Below are positions 12,011-24,373 of a stretch of 64,000 bases of DNA, in pieces. Both the position numbers and the translations under genes were made by a program. This DNA is from Pseudogymnoascus verrucosus (taxonomy: Eukaryota): NCBI GenBank assembly GCA_001662655.1, contig KV460260.1. The stretch is one strand, 5' to 3'. How positions within the stretch are numbered: the first letter of the stretch is position 1; the number at the start of each line of letters is the position of its first letter. Below the pieces are notes generated by a model that ran no database searches, was not told the DNA's origin, and saw only the letters and a list, made by a program, of their open reading frames with translations.

Positions 12011-12753
12011 ATGCATGCCACAGCTACTGTGAACGGGCAGGTGATTGCCGAGACTGACAACTACGAAGTTGTTGAGGGAAATATTTATGTATGCATAATG
12101 AGCCTCAACATGCCACTATCCATATGCAAGATGGCTAATAGTAGGGTGGATTAGTTCCCTCCGGCGTATGTGACTGACTCGTGCTCGATATATGGGGCTG
12201 AAGCTGGTTGTACTGACGATTATGGCAGTTCTGTTGATCAGAAGGTCTTCACGAAGTCTGACACTCATACCCATTGCCCTTGGAAGGTATAATACCCAAA
12301 CTCCATTCAAGAATTGCTATCTATCAGCCTCCATCCATGAGACTGTGTCCGTGAGACTCTGATGGGCCTCTATTCATAAGTTTCTATTCATGAACCTCTA
12401 CTCATGAGCCTTTGTTCATGAGCCTCTATACATAAGCCTCTATCACGATCCCCTATTTCCTGCATTAGTTGAGACTTGTGGTACGGGGTGGGGGCTGACG
12501 TGGCAGCAGGGCGACGCCTCCTACTACAATATCACCACCGGCAGTATGTAGCTCCTCCCATATGATAGGATCGAACTAATATCATGACAGAGACTGAATT
12601 GAAAGACGCTGCCTGGTATTACCCAGAGACGTTTGAGAAGGCGAATCACATCAAGAACTATGTTGCATTCTGTATGTTTACTGATTGCACAAGAGACATA
12701 TTCCTTGCTAATTATCCACAGATAAAACAAAGGTCGACGTGAAGTCTGAGTAG
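12011..12753 (+). CDS. DUF427-family small protein
   Basis: Six exons, including an 11-nt microexon (12155-12165), give MHATATVNGQVIAETDNYEVVEGNIYFPPA...THCPWKGDASYY...DAAWYYPE...IKNYVAFYKTKVDVKSE*. Confidence 0.85.
12366..12448. repeat. Degenerate 14-bp minisatellite (~6 copies) in intron 3 of the DUF427 gene
   Basis: Units gcctctattcataa / gtttctattcatga / acctctactcatga / gcctttgttcatga / gcctctatacataa / gcctctatcacga. Confidence 0.8.
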
Positions 12754-15700
12754 GCTTCTATGGGAAGCTACTGCATGGCAAATTAGCAGTTGCCTTTGTC
12801 ATTGTGGAACAGAGATTATGGACTTTTTTGCTTTCATTTTCCCGAAATCATTTGTTCTGAGGATATTCAATGAAGAGAGGCTGAGTGGATCTCTTCGAAG
12901 CTATGCCAATGCTGATTTCTCATTATATCATGAAACAAAGATAGCTACACAAGTTCTTTGAAGTCTATTATTTGCTATGCCTGTGCTTTTGACGTTGATG
13001 CAAAAGGAGAATGGCTTACATAACCAACATGCTGTGCCAGTGTCCCAACAGATGGGTCTTCTTCTCGGAACTTCTTCAGTGCGTCCGCTTGAAACATTTC
13101 AAGCATATACGAATTCCAGATATGCGCCCCTGACCGAATCAATATCCAACACACAGGTCCTCACATCCCTCCTGCTCCTTATTAGAGTTCGGAAGATCTC
13201 CTGCGCTCCCCGGGCCACCTTCTGTCGATCCGTGATCCCCTTGCAGGCCCCCAAAAATCTCCGAGCCGTTGAGATTCATACCATTGGGTCGTCATTCATT
13301 TACTCGTGCAGGAGGCTTAGAGAGAATTTCAAGTATATTCTTCAGCTGAAGGTATGCGCGGGCCAAGGATGCCTCAGCCACAGGACGCGCGGGATGCTGC
13401 TTGCTGCCCAGTATCAAACCCTGGAAAATGACGCATTGTGGCTGCATTTTGGCTGTAAGGTCCCTGATACGGTTTCTGAAGTTCGGATATCGGACCGCGA
13501 TGAGTAGTTATTGTACTGCTGTACCTCTCTCTTCAAAAACGGGCACCGCAAATGAGACGAACTGGAACTGGAACTGGAGATCATCCAGCGAGTGAGCTGG
13601 ATCACATTAAATCGATACAGGAGGCCTCGCATTGCTTATTTTATTGTCATAGATTCAAGTCCAAGGCAGCATGAATCAAACCGACGGACATATAAACGGC
13701 ACTATATTTTTATCCCTGGTACTGGTGGTATATGAAAGAACATTCGTCGTCAGCTGTGAGAGATGGCCCATTCCACCCTTGTTCTCCGTTGACGGTCGCA
13801 TTGCATTCATTAAGGAACGATGAAAAAGAATGCAAGCAAGCAATCTGCTTTGTAAAGCTGACTTATTCCTTAGAATTATTTACCCTAACATCGATAGGAA
13901 TGAGGCTATTCAAAAATTCTTGAGTAAAATTGAAGTCGGCAGCGGATAATACTCCTAGAACAACATCCCACGGATGTCTCACGCATTCCCCCACACTCAC
14001 TGCAGAAGCGACAGGCTGCAGGGGAAGCGGCCCGCAGCTTCCTACCCCAACCGCTGTTACCTGACTAAGCCGCATATAACTGCCAAACAGCTGCGGGTCA
14101 ACCAGATCGTTGTGGTTGTGACGAGGGTGGCAAGGGACGAGGGGACGAAGGAAGAGGGGTGCCCCGAGTATGGTCTCACTTTCTATTTTGCCGATGCACG
14201 GCATTGACGCTTACCGTGAGTGAGTGAGCGTCCCGCCTCCGCCCTTCTGGGGTAAACTCCGAGTACCGCCCGAGATCCTTGCGGTGTGAGGCCTGTGTTC
14301 TGTTTACTGGCCACTTACCAGCTCCTCTTGGTGATCCGTCTCCATTCTTGTCTAAGCGCTTTGCTGGTTTCCACTATCTTTTTTGAGCTACGGCGCCGCG
14401 GAGTCGTCGGATCTCCAACAAAATCCTGCTCCTCGGAGGACCGCTTGACAGGGTCAATTGAGGCACAATATATGGTACAGGGGATGATCTACACCGATAT
14501 ATAGTAGATACACTTCGCTAGCCGCAACAAGCCGATAAAATCTCCGGCCTGCAGCGGTCTGCAGACGACTACGTACTGCGTAAGCTTGTCATACGACCTG
14601 GAGATGTGGCGAGCAATATACTGATACTTGGCAGAAGAACAGAAAAAGCCCCTCTGTGGCGATATCTGCCCACACGTGAATAGATCATGAGAAGCTCTCA
14701 GTGTGGGGAAGTGGGGTAGGACGGGATGGAGGGGGCGCGGCCAGTCCATCAGACGGCAACTCGGTGAAGCTGTCATATCGATAAACGCCCGAGTCGATCT
14801 CATGGGTGCCTTCAAGCTTTGGATTTGGCCGAGCAAACCCCGCCTTGCGGGATGGAACATGGATGATTCGGTATGCTCAGTCGCCGTTTTCAGCTGCGCT
14901 GGGCAGATCTGTGGCTGGAGTTATGTGCTATCCCCGCTCTTTCGATGCCGGATCCTGTGAGCCTCTTTCCGCCCCCGCGTCGGCATGCACCAATCTCATC
15001 TTGGACTCTTCCGGTGCATCCCAATTACCCTGCCTCCCCGCGATAGGTGCCAAGGCATCACCAGCTTCGCGTTCCTACAGGCTACAGCTGCATAGGTCTA
15101 AGATCGTGGCAAGTGCTATGATGAGATCGACAGTCGACTTGCTGTATACTGCCACACGTCCTTTTGGCTGTGCTCAGACCCGGCTTCCAGAAGCATCATA
15201 TCCCAGCTAGAAGGAGCGGGGTTTTGTTCTGGCGTACGAGTTCAGCTGCAGCTTAATCAACTAAACGTTGTCTTGCTGTCAGGTGACTATGGGAAGTTCC
15301 TTGCATAGATCTCTGTGGTCTGGACAATGCCAATGTCATCGGCGCGAAGACGCTATTGAAAACGTCTTGGCTATGATGTGGAGAACCTCATTCCTCGGAC
15401 GGAGATCCTTGGGATACGAGTTATCACCTGCTCCATCTGATATCATGAAGGTTGTCCAGTTGTGGATTCGGTGGAGACGGCTGTCAATATCGTCAAGGTT
15501 GGGGAATCCCATCAAGCCACTATTTCCGTAGAATTATGAGGCACCCTACTATGCCGTCGCCAAACTATTGGGAGGCACTGGGATAGTACGGGGATTGTGC
15601 TCAAAGCACAGAAATGATCCCCGTCACATGGAGCTAATACCTTGTACTTGGATGGGGGTTTATATTGCAAAGTGATAGCGATGACAGCGATTGATGACCT

Positions 15701-17621
15701 TCGTAAGGCCTGACTGTACCACACCACAGTCTGCAGATGCTGTACGTACAAAGTATGCGACAGAGAGACCTGGGGATGCCCAATATATCACACTTGGTAT
15801 ATAGCATCACGTGACACACACTGTTGAGATTCGTTCTGGAGGGGGACAAGGGAAGTCACTCCAAAAGGAATAGACATCAATAATGGTGCATATCACCCCA
15901 TAACTATAGCTATAGCTGCAATACTACCGACATGGCCGCGCAAAGCGCAAGTATACGCAGTATACGCGGAATATTTCCAGCATGTTATTACTCGGGGATG
16001 CCGTACGGTATATCCACAGACACACCTTGATGTCGCCCTGCGACCTTCCTCATATTGTATCATCTCCCGGCGCCGTCGGTATGGGCAGTCCATACCCCCC
16101 TCCCCACTGCTCCACCCCCAACTTTTGACGTTGCGATAGGTCTATCATTCGCGCCACCGGAGAGCTTCAGCTTTGATTGGAAGGACCGATCTTCGCGCGC
16201 GCGAGTGTTCGACGAGGACTGCGCACTCATTGCAAGCTGTGCCAGAATTAATGAGATCGCCCGAGTACCGTGGCTGTGGAAGACGCAGAGAGAGATTACG
16301 GAGAAAGGGACTCCGCACTCCTCTACGGGCTACTCATGCCCCCCACCATTAGCGCTGATGTGAAGTTGGGATGAGACGACTCGCAAGAGGGAAAGTGTGA
16401 GCGGCAACAATAGGGCGAGAGAGCGAGAGAGGGAAAGATACTCCGTATAACGAGGGGGCATATTGAAGGTGTGAAGGTCAGACACGTATCCTTGCAAAAC
16501 ACGTTGACATTTATGCAAGTTATGAGGGATGGGATGCATGTCGCGAGCACAACAGGACAGCAAGCAACCCCCATGTTGAGTACATGCGCATCTGGTACCA
16601 CGGATACTCCACCTATCGACCGTCCACAAATGGTGTTCCACGACGGCTTCCACGCCACGGCTCCACTCTCCCACTCCGCGCCAGTTCAGACATTGCTTGC
16701 TCTCCCACCTCCCACCCTCTTCTCCATCTTTTTCGAAGTTGGGGTGTCTGGAGACCCCGCATTCAGTTTTGCGAGGGCATACAACCGAAACCGCGGGCGC
16801 GTATGAGATACCGGACTAGCCAGGAGGTGATGGAGGGTGAGCGCAAAGTAGTGGAGGGTGATGGGGAAAACGAGGAGGGCCAAGGACATCGGACGGAGAT
16901 GAGATCAGAAGGCCGTTGAAGCGAGGCAGAGAGAGAGACTAAGAGGTGCAGCGGGAGGAGCGGAGTTATCTTGGGGCCCTTTTTGGTACGTATGGGGGCA
17001 GCTACCAACGGCTGGGTCGCCTTCGCCCCATCCCACGCCGACTTCGCAACGAGACCCTTTCGCATCTGCGCTCAACATTTCGCCATGGTGGCGCTGAGAT
17101 CGTTAAACGGACGCGCCGCGCTGTGCCCACTGTGCGTGCATACCCTGACCTGGCGTCGGACGGCGAGAGTCCAAGCACCGTCCCAATCTCCACCTTCTGT
17201 GGGCGGTGGGTGACGAGTGAGCGGCACATCGTAAAGCAAGGGGGTGCTAAGTAACTTTCCGACAGCGGGTGGGCATTGCGTTTTGATGCTTCAACTGTCC
17301 CCGTCCCCGTCTTTCATCTTTCCTCTCCATCCATCGTCTTGCATCTCAGCCACTCACTTTAGGCCGCCTTGGAAGGGCTGTGACAGCGAGTGGCTGACAT
17401 ATCATTACCACATTTGGGTGACCGTCAAGACATCGGGCGAGGTGGATGAGGAGGAGCCATGGACTGAGATGGAGCACCTCAGCTCTCAGACATTTTTATT
17501 TCCCCCGCTCTGGTGGAGGTTATTTTACCAGGCCCTTGTACCCTGTTAGCCTGCTACTATGAGAAGTTGGACCTTCTGGCGTTGAATCTAGTGGCTTTCG
17601 AAGGCTGCTAGTATACCTAGC

Positions 17622-17647
17622 GTGGCAGTAGTATATACTACTGCCAC
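17622..17647. repeat. Perfect 26-bp palindrome
   Basis: GTGGCAGTAGTAT|ATACTACTGCCAC, followed by further TACTGCCAC-like units. Confidence 0.9.
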
Positions 17648-18688
17648 TACTGCCACTACTGCGCATACTACTGTATAGCACAACTTTTTAATATCGAGGC
17701 CTCATGTCGAGCGCCTCCCTTCTGGAATCTTTCCAATTCGGTAAGCACGTGCCGACCCCGAACCCCAGATTCCACTCGGATACTGCTGGAAGGCTTGGAA
17801 GACCGGGAAGACTCCTGGATGACAATCTCCTGCACCGACTAAGCAGGCCCAGCATATCCAACAAAGCCCCGTCACTGGTCAGAACGCTTCCACATCCTCG
17901 CCGGGTGTTATGGACCTACTTCAAGGTTCCCTTACTAGCTACATAATCAACGCTACTAATCCCATCTATCTGCGCCCCGCGCGCTACAGACCGACTGTTG
18001 CTTCTACTCCTTCGTCTCATCTGTACATACTTGCATACTCACACTTGCCGATTCACCCTCTCACCTCGCACCTTTAACTACCTTCGAGTACCGCACCTCT
18101 CTCTTTTACCCCACGACATATCACCATACTGCATGATACTACACCCCTCTTTCCCCCTTCACCCCTCTCCTACTACTACCGCTACTACCAACTACTGTAC
18201 CTCGATAATGCACACTACTCGGGAAACGAGCCCAATCTAGGATTCCCCATCGTCCGAAAGATTGAGTTTTTACTACCCTTGCCCGCCTACCTCACCCTAG
18301 TCGGCGCCTCGTTGTGAAAAGCTGCGGAAAGGGACACTGCAGCTGCCTCGCATCCTTAGCAACCGCCACCAAAGCGCTCAGATGGTGGCTGCACGTTGAA
18401 GTAGGCTACCAAAGAACGAAATACGCCAGAAAAACATCCACCCCACCCCCTCAATATACCCTCACAGTTCGGCTCGCTTTCCTTCAAATACAGGCCAGTC
18501 GCACGGCAACTAACGGCGGCCCCTCTCTTTCCTTGGACATCATCGATATATCGGGCCTCAACTCAAGACAGCCAATAATCGACGTGACGTCGCATTGCAT
18601 CTGTACCTGTTTTCCTGCCCGGGTAATATCACGGGGGTATAACTACAACTCGTGGTACTAGAGTTCCCTTCGTCTGGCACCCAAAGCC

Positions 18689-20927
18689 ATGGCCATGTCG
18701 AACTCGTCCCGAGATAACTCACCAGCGGCCTCAGAGTCTACACAAGGCAAGCACTACCCAATGTCGCGCGATAACTTCGCCATCGATCTGCCCTCCCCAC
18801 ACCTATCGGCGACGTCGAACGGCGTTATCAAATCGCCGAACTCTCTCAAATCCCCCACTGACCGACGCGGCCTGAGTTTCAGCCGTGAAGGCATCCTCGG
18901 ATCGGCCCAGAAGGCGCGGAACCTGTCCCAGTCATCGGGAGACCGGGATTCTACCACGAATGGAAATGGACTGCAGAACAGGAAGGACAGTGATGATGGA
19001 ATTAACCCTCTCAAAAGGAGGAATACAGATGCAGGAAGTGACTATCCCAGGCGGAGGGCTACTATAGCTGTATGCACGCCATGATCCACCGCTGCGCTGA
19101 CCTACCTGGCTAACATGCAGTGTAGTGCGAGATATGCAGGTCACGGAAATCGCGCTGCGATGGGTCGAAGCCAAAGTGCCGGCTCTGCGTTGAGCTCGGC
19201 GCAGAGTGCATTTATCGTGAGCCTGGCATCAAGCTCGATGCTGGGGATAAGCTCATTCTGGAACACCTTTCACGCATAGAGGGTCTTTTACAGTCAAATC
19301 TAGTGAGCCAGACAAATCAATTGGCTCTTACGTCGGGATCGCCAGCTGTCAGCAGCAGCACGGCTATCAGCAATGAAGAGATGATCCAGAATCACGTAAA
19401 CTTCGTTTCTATGATTCCAGTTACTGGTCTTGGAACGTGGACCAGCCCGCCCACCAACATTTCCACAATGCCAAAAGAGCACACGAACGCAGCGCTCCAC
19501 CTCCTCCAGTGGCCTGTCATCCGCGATCTGGTATCTCGGCCTTACGACCCGCAAATTCTACTTCAATTGGAGATGTCTCGCGAACCACTCACCCTACCGA
19601 AATCGCTGCGTCTCGACCTCTCCAACACAGCAGCATACATCCGAGCATTCTTCTCGCGGGTCAATGTATGGTATGCAGTTGTTAACCCCTTCAACTGGCC
19701 GAGTCACTACCGCGTTGCGCTATCTAACGGTTTCCGCGAAGGACCAGAGTCCTGCATCGTCCTCCTCGTCTTGGCCTTGGGACAGGCGTCAGTACACGGT
19801 TCCATTTCCAGGGTACCGCTCTCGGAGGAGACGCCAGGACTCTCGTTCTTCGCGTCTGCATGGGCCATTTTACCAGCCCTCATGACGCGCAACACGGTGC
19901 TAAGCGCACAGTGCATGGTTCTAGCTTCGGCGTACCTTTTCTATCTAGTCCGTCCCCTGGAGGCATGGACGCTGCTGAGCAGCACCAGCACGAAGCTCCA
20001 GCTCCTTCTTTCAGGACCTGGGCGCGTACCTCCGGAGGAGCGCGAGCTGAGCGAGAGGGTGTACTGGAATGCTCTGCTCTTCGAGTCTGATCTCCTGGCT
20101 GAGCTCGATCTCCCTCATTCTGGTATTGTCCAGTTTGAGGAATGCGTCGGGCTTCCAGGTGGATTCGTTGAGTTCGAGCACTTTGATCATATGGAGGATC
20201 CCGAGGCTGCGGACAACGCGCAGTTTGTCGGCCGCGACGAGCTGTGGTACTTCCTAGCTGAAATCGCCCTCAGGCGACTGCTGAATAGAGTGAGCCAGCT
20301 CATCTACAGCAAAGACAGCGTAGCGACGATGAGTGCTCTGGAGCCAGTCGTAGCCGAACTGGACTTCCAGCTGGGACAGTGGTACGAGAGTCTCCCGCTG
20401 GCCCTGCAGTTCCCATACACGCGAGGCCTCCTGGCCGACCCGGTCCAGACCGTGCTTCGTCTGCGCTTTTATGCATGCAGGACTATAATCTTCCGACCGT
20501 ATATCTTGGCCGTCCTGGACAACGAGGCAGCGGCTTTGGATCCCGCGGTTCGCGAGAACTGTCGCAAGTGTCTCGATGCCGCGATTCGCCAATTGGAGAA
20601 CATAACGGCACAGTAAGTTCACCCCATCTCTCCCTCTCTCCTTGGCCCCTTCTAACAACCCGTAGCCACGCAGGTCACATGCCATATCTCTGGCAAGGCG
20701 CGCTCTCCATCGTATCGCAGACCCTCCTCGTAATGGGCGCCACCATGTCCCCGTCGCTAGCGCCCCTCCTCCCACCCCCCGACCAAATGGACGCCATCAT
20801 CAACGGCGTCGTCGAAGAAATCGCCCGCTACAGCCGTCTCGCGCCGTCTCTGGCCCTCTCGGCTGAGATCATTCGCGAAGCCGAGGCGCGCCGTCAAGAC
20901 GCCCTAGGAGGCATGGGTATGCGCTGA
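18689..20927 (+). CDS. Zn(II)2Cys6 fungal transcription factor
   Basis: Introns 19070-19125 and 20613-20665. Spliced protein has YPRRRATIA|CEICRSRKSRCDGSKPKCRLCVELGAECIY followed by a fungal TF middle homology region. Confidence 0.92.
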
Positions 20928-22761
20928 GCTCCATCACCCCCACACCACAACAAAGATCATCGTGACGGGCAAAAGTCGAGCCGCCTCGAGTCTAGGCCAG
21001 CACCCAGCCAGCGCGGGTGATCCACCCAGGTTGCCCACACTCGCTTCAGCCATCGATTGGCTCAGCCCCGGTAGCGGCAGAGTGAGTGCGAAAGGCCCGA
21101 CTTGACGGACGGGGTTCGAGGCCCTGGGAAGCGCCCCTTTCCTATTTCCCCCCTGCTGGACCCATTCGTGGTGGAGGGCGCGGGGCGGGGTTATGTAGGC
21201 CAGTGTTGGATTTGGGTGGTAGGAGCGTCGGTTGGCGGACCGCGGATCCGGTCGGGGATTTCGTCACGTGCGGGTTGGACGGCCCGCCGGGGAATCTGCG
21301 GTCCGAGGATCTGCCGGTGAGGTTGCTTGGAGGTGTCAAAGCACCGCTGTTTGGGCTGCAATTGAGGGGATTTGGGGACGTGGGTTGGAGGGGAGGAGGG
21401 AGGCTTCTTATACCGGTGGAGATGAGGTTTCGGGACAGGTTCCCGTCGTTTCCTTTTTTTGTCAGCTTTGATGCCATCGTCGGGGAAAGTCCGGCATGTA
21501 TGGGAGATGGGAGAGCATGTGGAGGTGGGATTGGATGTCATTGCTGGGTGTTATTTTCTTTTTTGCGCGCATACTACATATGTTTTTGCTGCGTACATAT
21601 TTTGGTTCTGGGTTTTGTGGGAGTAAAGAGGATGGGGTTTGGGGTGTGTATGGATATGGGTTGTGGGCTGGATGGGGAAGGCGCGGTGGGAGTCTGGATG
21701 GGATGGGAAGGGATGGGAAATGGGAAAATGGAAAGAGAAGGGAAGGAGGAGTGCTATCTGGGCTCAGTTTGCTCATCACTCACTCAGTCAGTCAGTCAGT
21801 CTATCTATTGATTATATATAGTATATAGTTGGACAATTTACATATATGGAATTTATACCGTGTCAGTCACGTGCATCCCAGGATGTATCCCAGTGTTTTT
21901 GTGATTTGAGAGAAGCTTAGTTAGTGTTGTTGGAGATGCATAGAGTGCTTACATACGTCTCCAAGCATACGTAAAGTCTTTTCTACTCTGACCTGTCAAA
22001 CTGCCAATATATCAAGCCTCAATTTCCTCTCAACTACCGCCCCGGCTTTGTTAGTGACTGCCGCACCACAAACAACCGCCGCCGACGCACCGCCACAGAT
22101 TGTAAGTAGCATGGGGCGGCCCATAACGTCGATCAGCACCCCCAATTTAACCCCGTCCTCTCCCCTCTACTCTCTTCCCAACGTCACCACCTCCCTCTCA
22201 TCTCCATATCCTCCAAATGCTAAGTCTATCCTCTATCTCTGTCGTCTATCTCTCTCATATTTCTCACTTTCTCACTTCTCAACTGCCTAAACTCCCCTAT
22301 ATTCAACCAAAGCCATTCCCGACAGCGGCCCGATGCCCTCCGATCATCCCCCGACTCCCGAGAAAGTGGCCTGATTTTTAGTCGTTAGCTGCGTTCTCCG
22401 CACCAGGGTTGGTCCAGACACAAGCAAAGACCAAGACAATCAGGTAGGGAACGGTGGCGGCATATCTCGATTTTTCGTCTCCTCTTCCTCCTCTCGTCAC
22501 TCTTCTTCCTTTTCTCGTTACTGTACTACTATACTATATTCCTGTTACTGTTCTCGATACCTGATTTCTACTCCTGGTATACAAGGCAGCTCCCCGTACT
22601 GCATCGCATCGAAAGTCTTCGTGCCGCGCTTATCGTGAGACATACCACTGAGACAATCCAAATCACCATCTGCTTCCCTTCTGTCTACCCCGCCACGACA
22701 CAGCACTCACCAGCATACTGGTACCCCGCACACCTCACACGACACCCTCATCTCACCTCAT

Positions 22762-23572
22762 ATGCAAAGCACCAAGATGTTCCCCGACGTCCACCGCGCC
22801 GCCCGGCGCCGCTACTCCATCCTCCCCGTCCCCAAGGACCTTATCCCCAGCACGGGCGAGAGCAAGGCGCAGATCCTCTGGGTCGGGTGCTCGGACAGCT
22901 GGATCACCGAGACGGCGGCGCTGGATGTGCTGCCGCAGGAGACGTTTGTGCATCGCAATCTGGGGAGCGTGATGAGTAATGGGGATTTGAGCTCGGCGAG
23001 TGCGATTGCGTATTGTGTTGATTTGTTGGAGGTGAGTTGGTTGATACCTACCTGGAGCTGGAGGATGGGAGGGGAGAGGGGAGTCATGGGAAAATAGAAA
23101 AGGGGGCTAATAGGTGTCTGCGTAGGTGAAGCATATTGTCGTCTGCGGACACTACGACTGTGTACTATTCAAGGAGGCCAGCGAGGCCCCAACAGCGATA
23201 GACGGGTGGTACGAGTAAGTTCCCCCTTTCCCCTTCCCACTCCCCCCTCCTACCCTCCTACATACCAATTCCACCAGCTAACCCCCACCTCCCAGAGACC
23301 TCTCCCGCCTCCGCGCCGCCAACGACGCCCTCCTCCCCGACCTAGAGACCGTACAGCGTGACCGCCACCTCGCGGAGGTCTACGTGCAGGCTGAGGTTGA
23401 GTGGGTGCGCTCGCAGCCGACGGTGGCGAAGGCGATTGCGGATCGTGGGTTGAAGGTGCATGCGTTTGTGTTTGATAAGGAGGAGGAGGCTTGTGTGAGG
23501 CTTGTGGAGGAGGGGGGTGAGGAGGGGGGGGTGGCGGAGGCGAATGGGGGGCCGAATGGGGTTGTTGCGTAA
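22762..23572 (+). CDS. Beta-class carbonic anhydrase-like protein (divergent active site)
   Basis: Introns 23032-23125 and 23215-23295. Motifs ILWVGCSDSW, ETFVHRNLG, VKHIVVCGHYDC, LKVHAFVFD. Start could instead be the ATG near 22777. Confidence 0.85.
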
Positions 23573-24373
23573 GTTGCTTAAGGGGAGGGTGCGGGAGATT
23601 GATGAAATGTTTGGGGGGGGTGGGAATGGTGGGGTGGGAGTGGAGGTACAAAAATGTGTGCTATTGATGAATACCTTTAGATAGATGGGGGTTGAGAGTG
23701 TGAATGAAATTTATGCCAATATTGTTTTATATTTGAGATATTGAGTTTGGATTTAATATTGAGATTGCAGATTATGACATGAATGCCTTCAACATCCTCT
23801 TTAAGAGTGAATAGGAGCGTTTCATCCAAGCTATTGATACTCTGGACATACCGACGGAGGAATTGAGAGATTGAGGTTGGATGTGTTGATATGAGAATGT
23901 GAGTTGAGGTAGAGGTCGCATTTTTTATATATATTATGACAACGAGCAAGCGTAAGTAAGCCTCCTAACCTAGCGGGACTGTGTTGTTAAACCATAATAG
24001 AAAGGTGTGCGACTGAGCATTATATATTATTTTGATATCCTCTACTTTACGAGCATTCGGACGTTATGCGCGGCGTTTTCAAGATCGTGGTTTCGGAGCG
24101 TTTCCGCTGTCATCGCCAGCCTCGGCATGTGGACCTCCCATCTCCAAAATCGGTGAACGGCGGACGCATATACACCAACCACCGCATCTTGGAAACTGTA
24201 CCCCTATTGAATCCGGAATTCCAAGGAGCAGGTTTCCCAACTCGCAAAAAATTGGATATTTCGCGCTGGAACCAGAAACCTCTACCCAGGGAAGATCACC
24301 GCCGTGGGATCGCCGGTATTCGGGTCAGCACTACCACAGGGCGCCGGCATAACCAATCCTCGCGACGTCAGAA

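Noticed and set aside
21086..21828. Several 100-240 aa Gly- or Pro-rich ORFs
   Set aside because: Explained by G-rich, stop-poor sequence downstream of the Zn2Cys6 gene; no domain or splice support.
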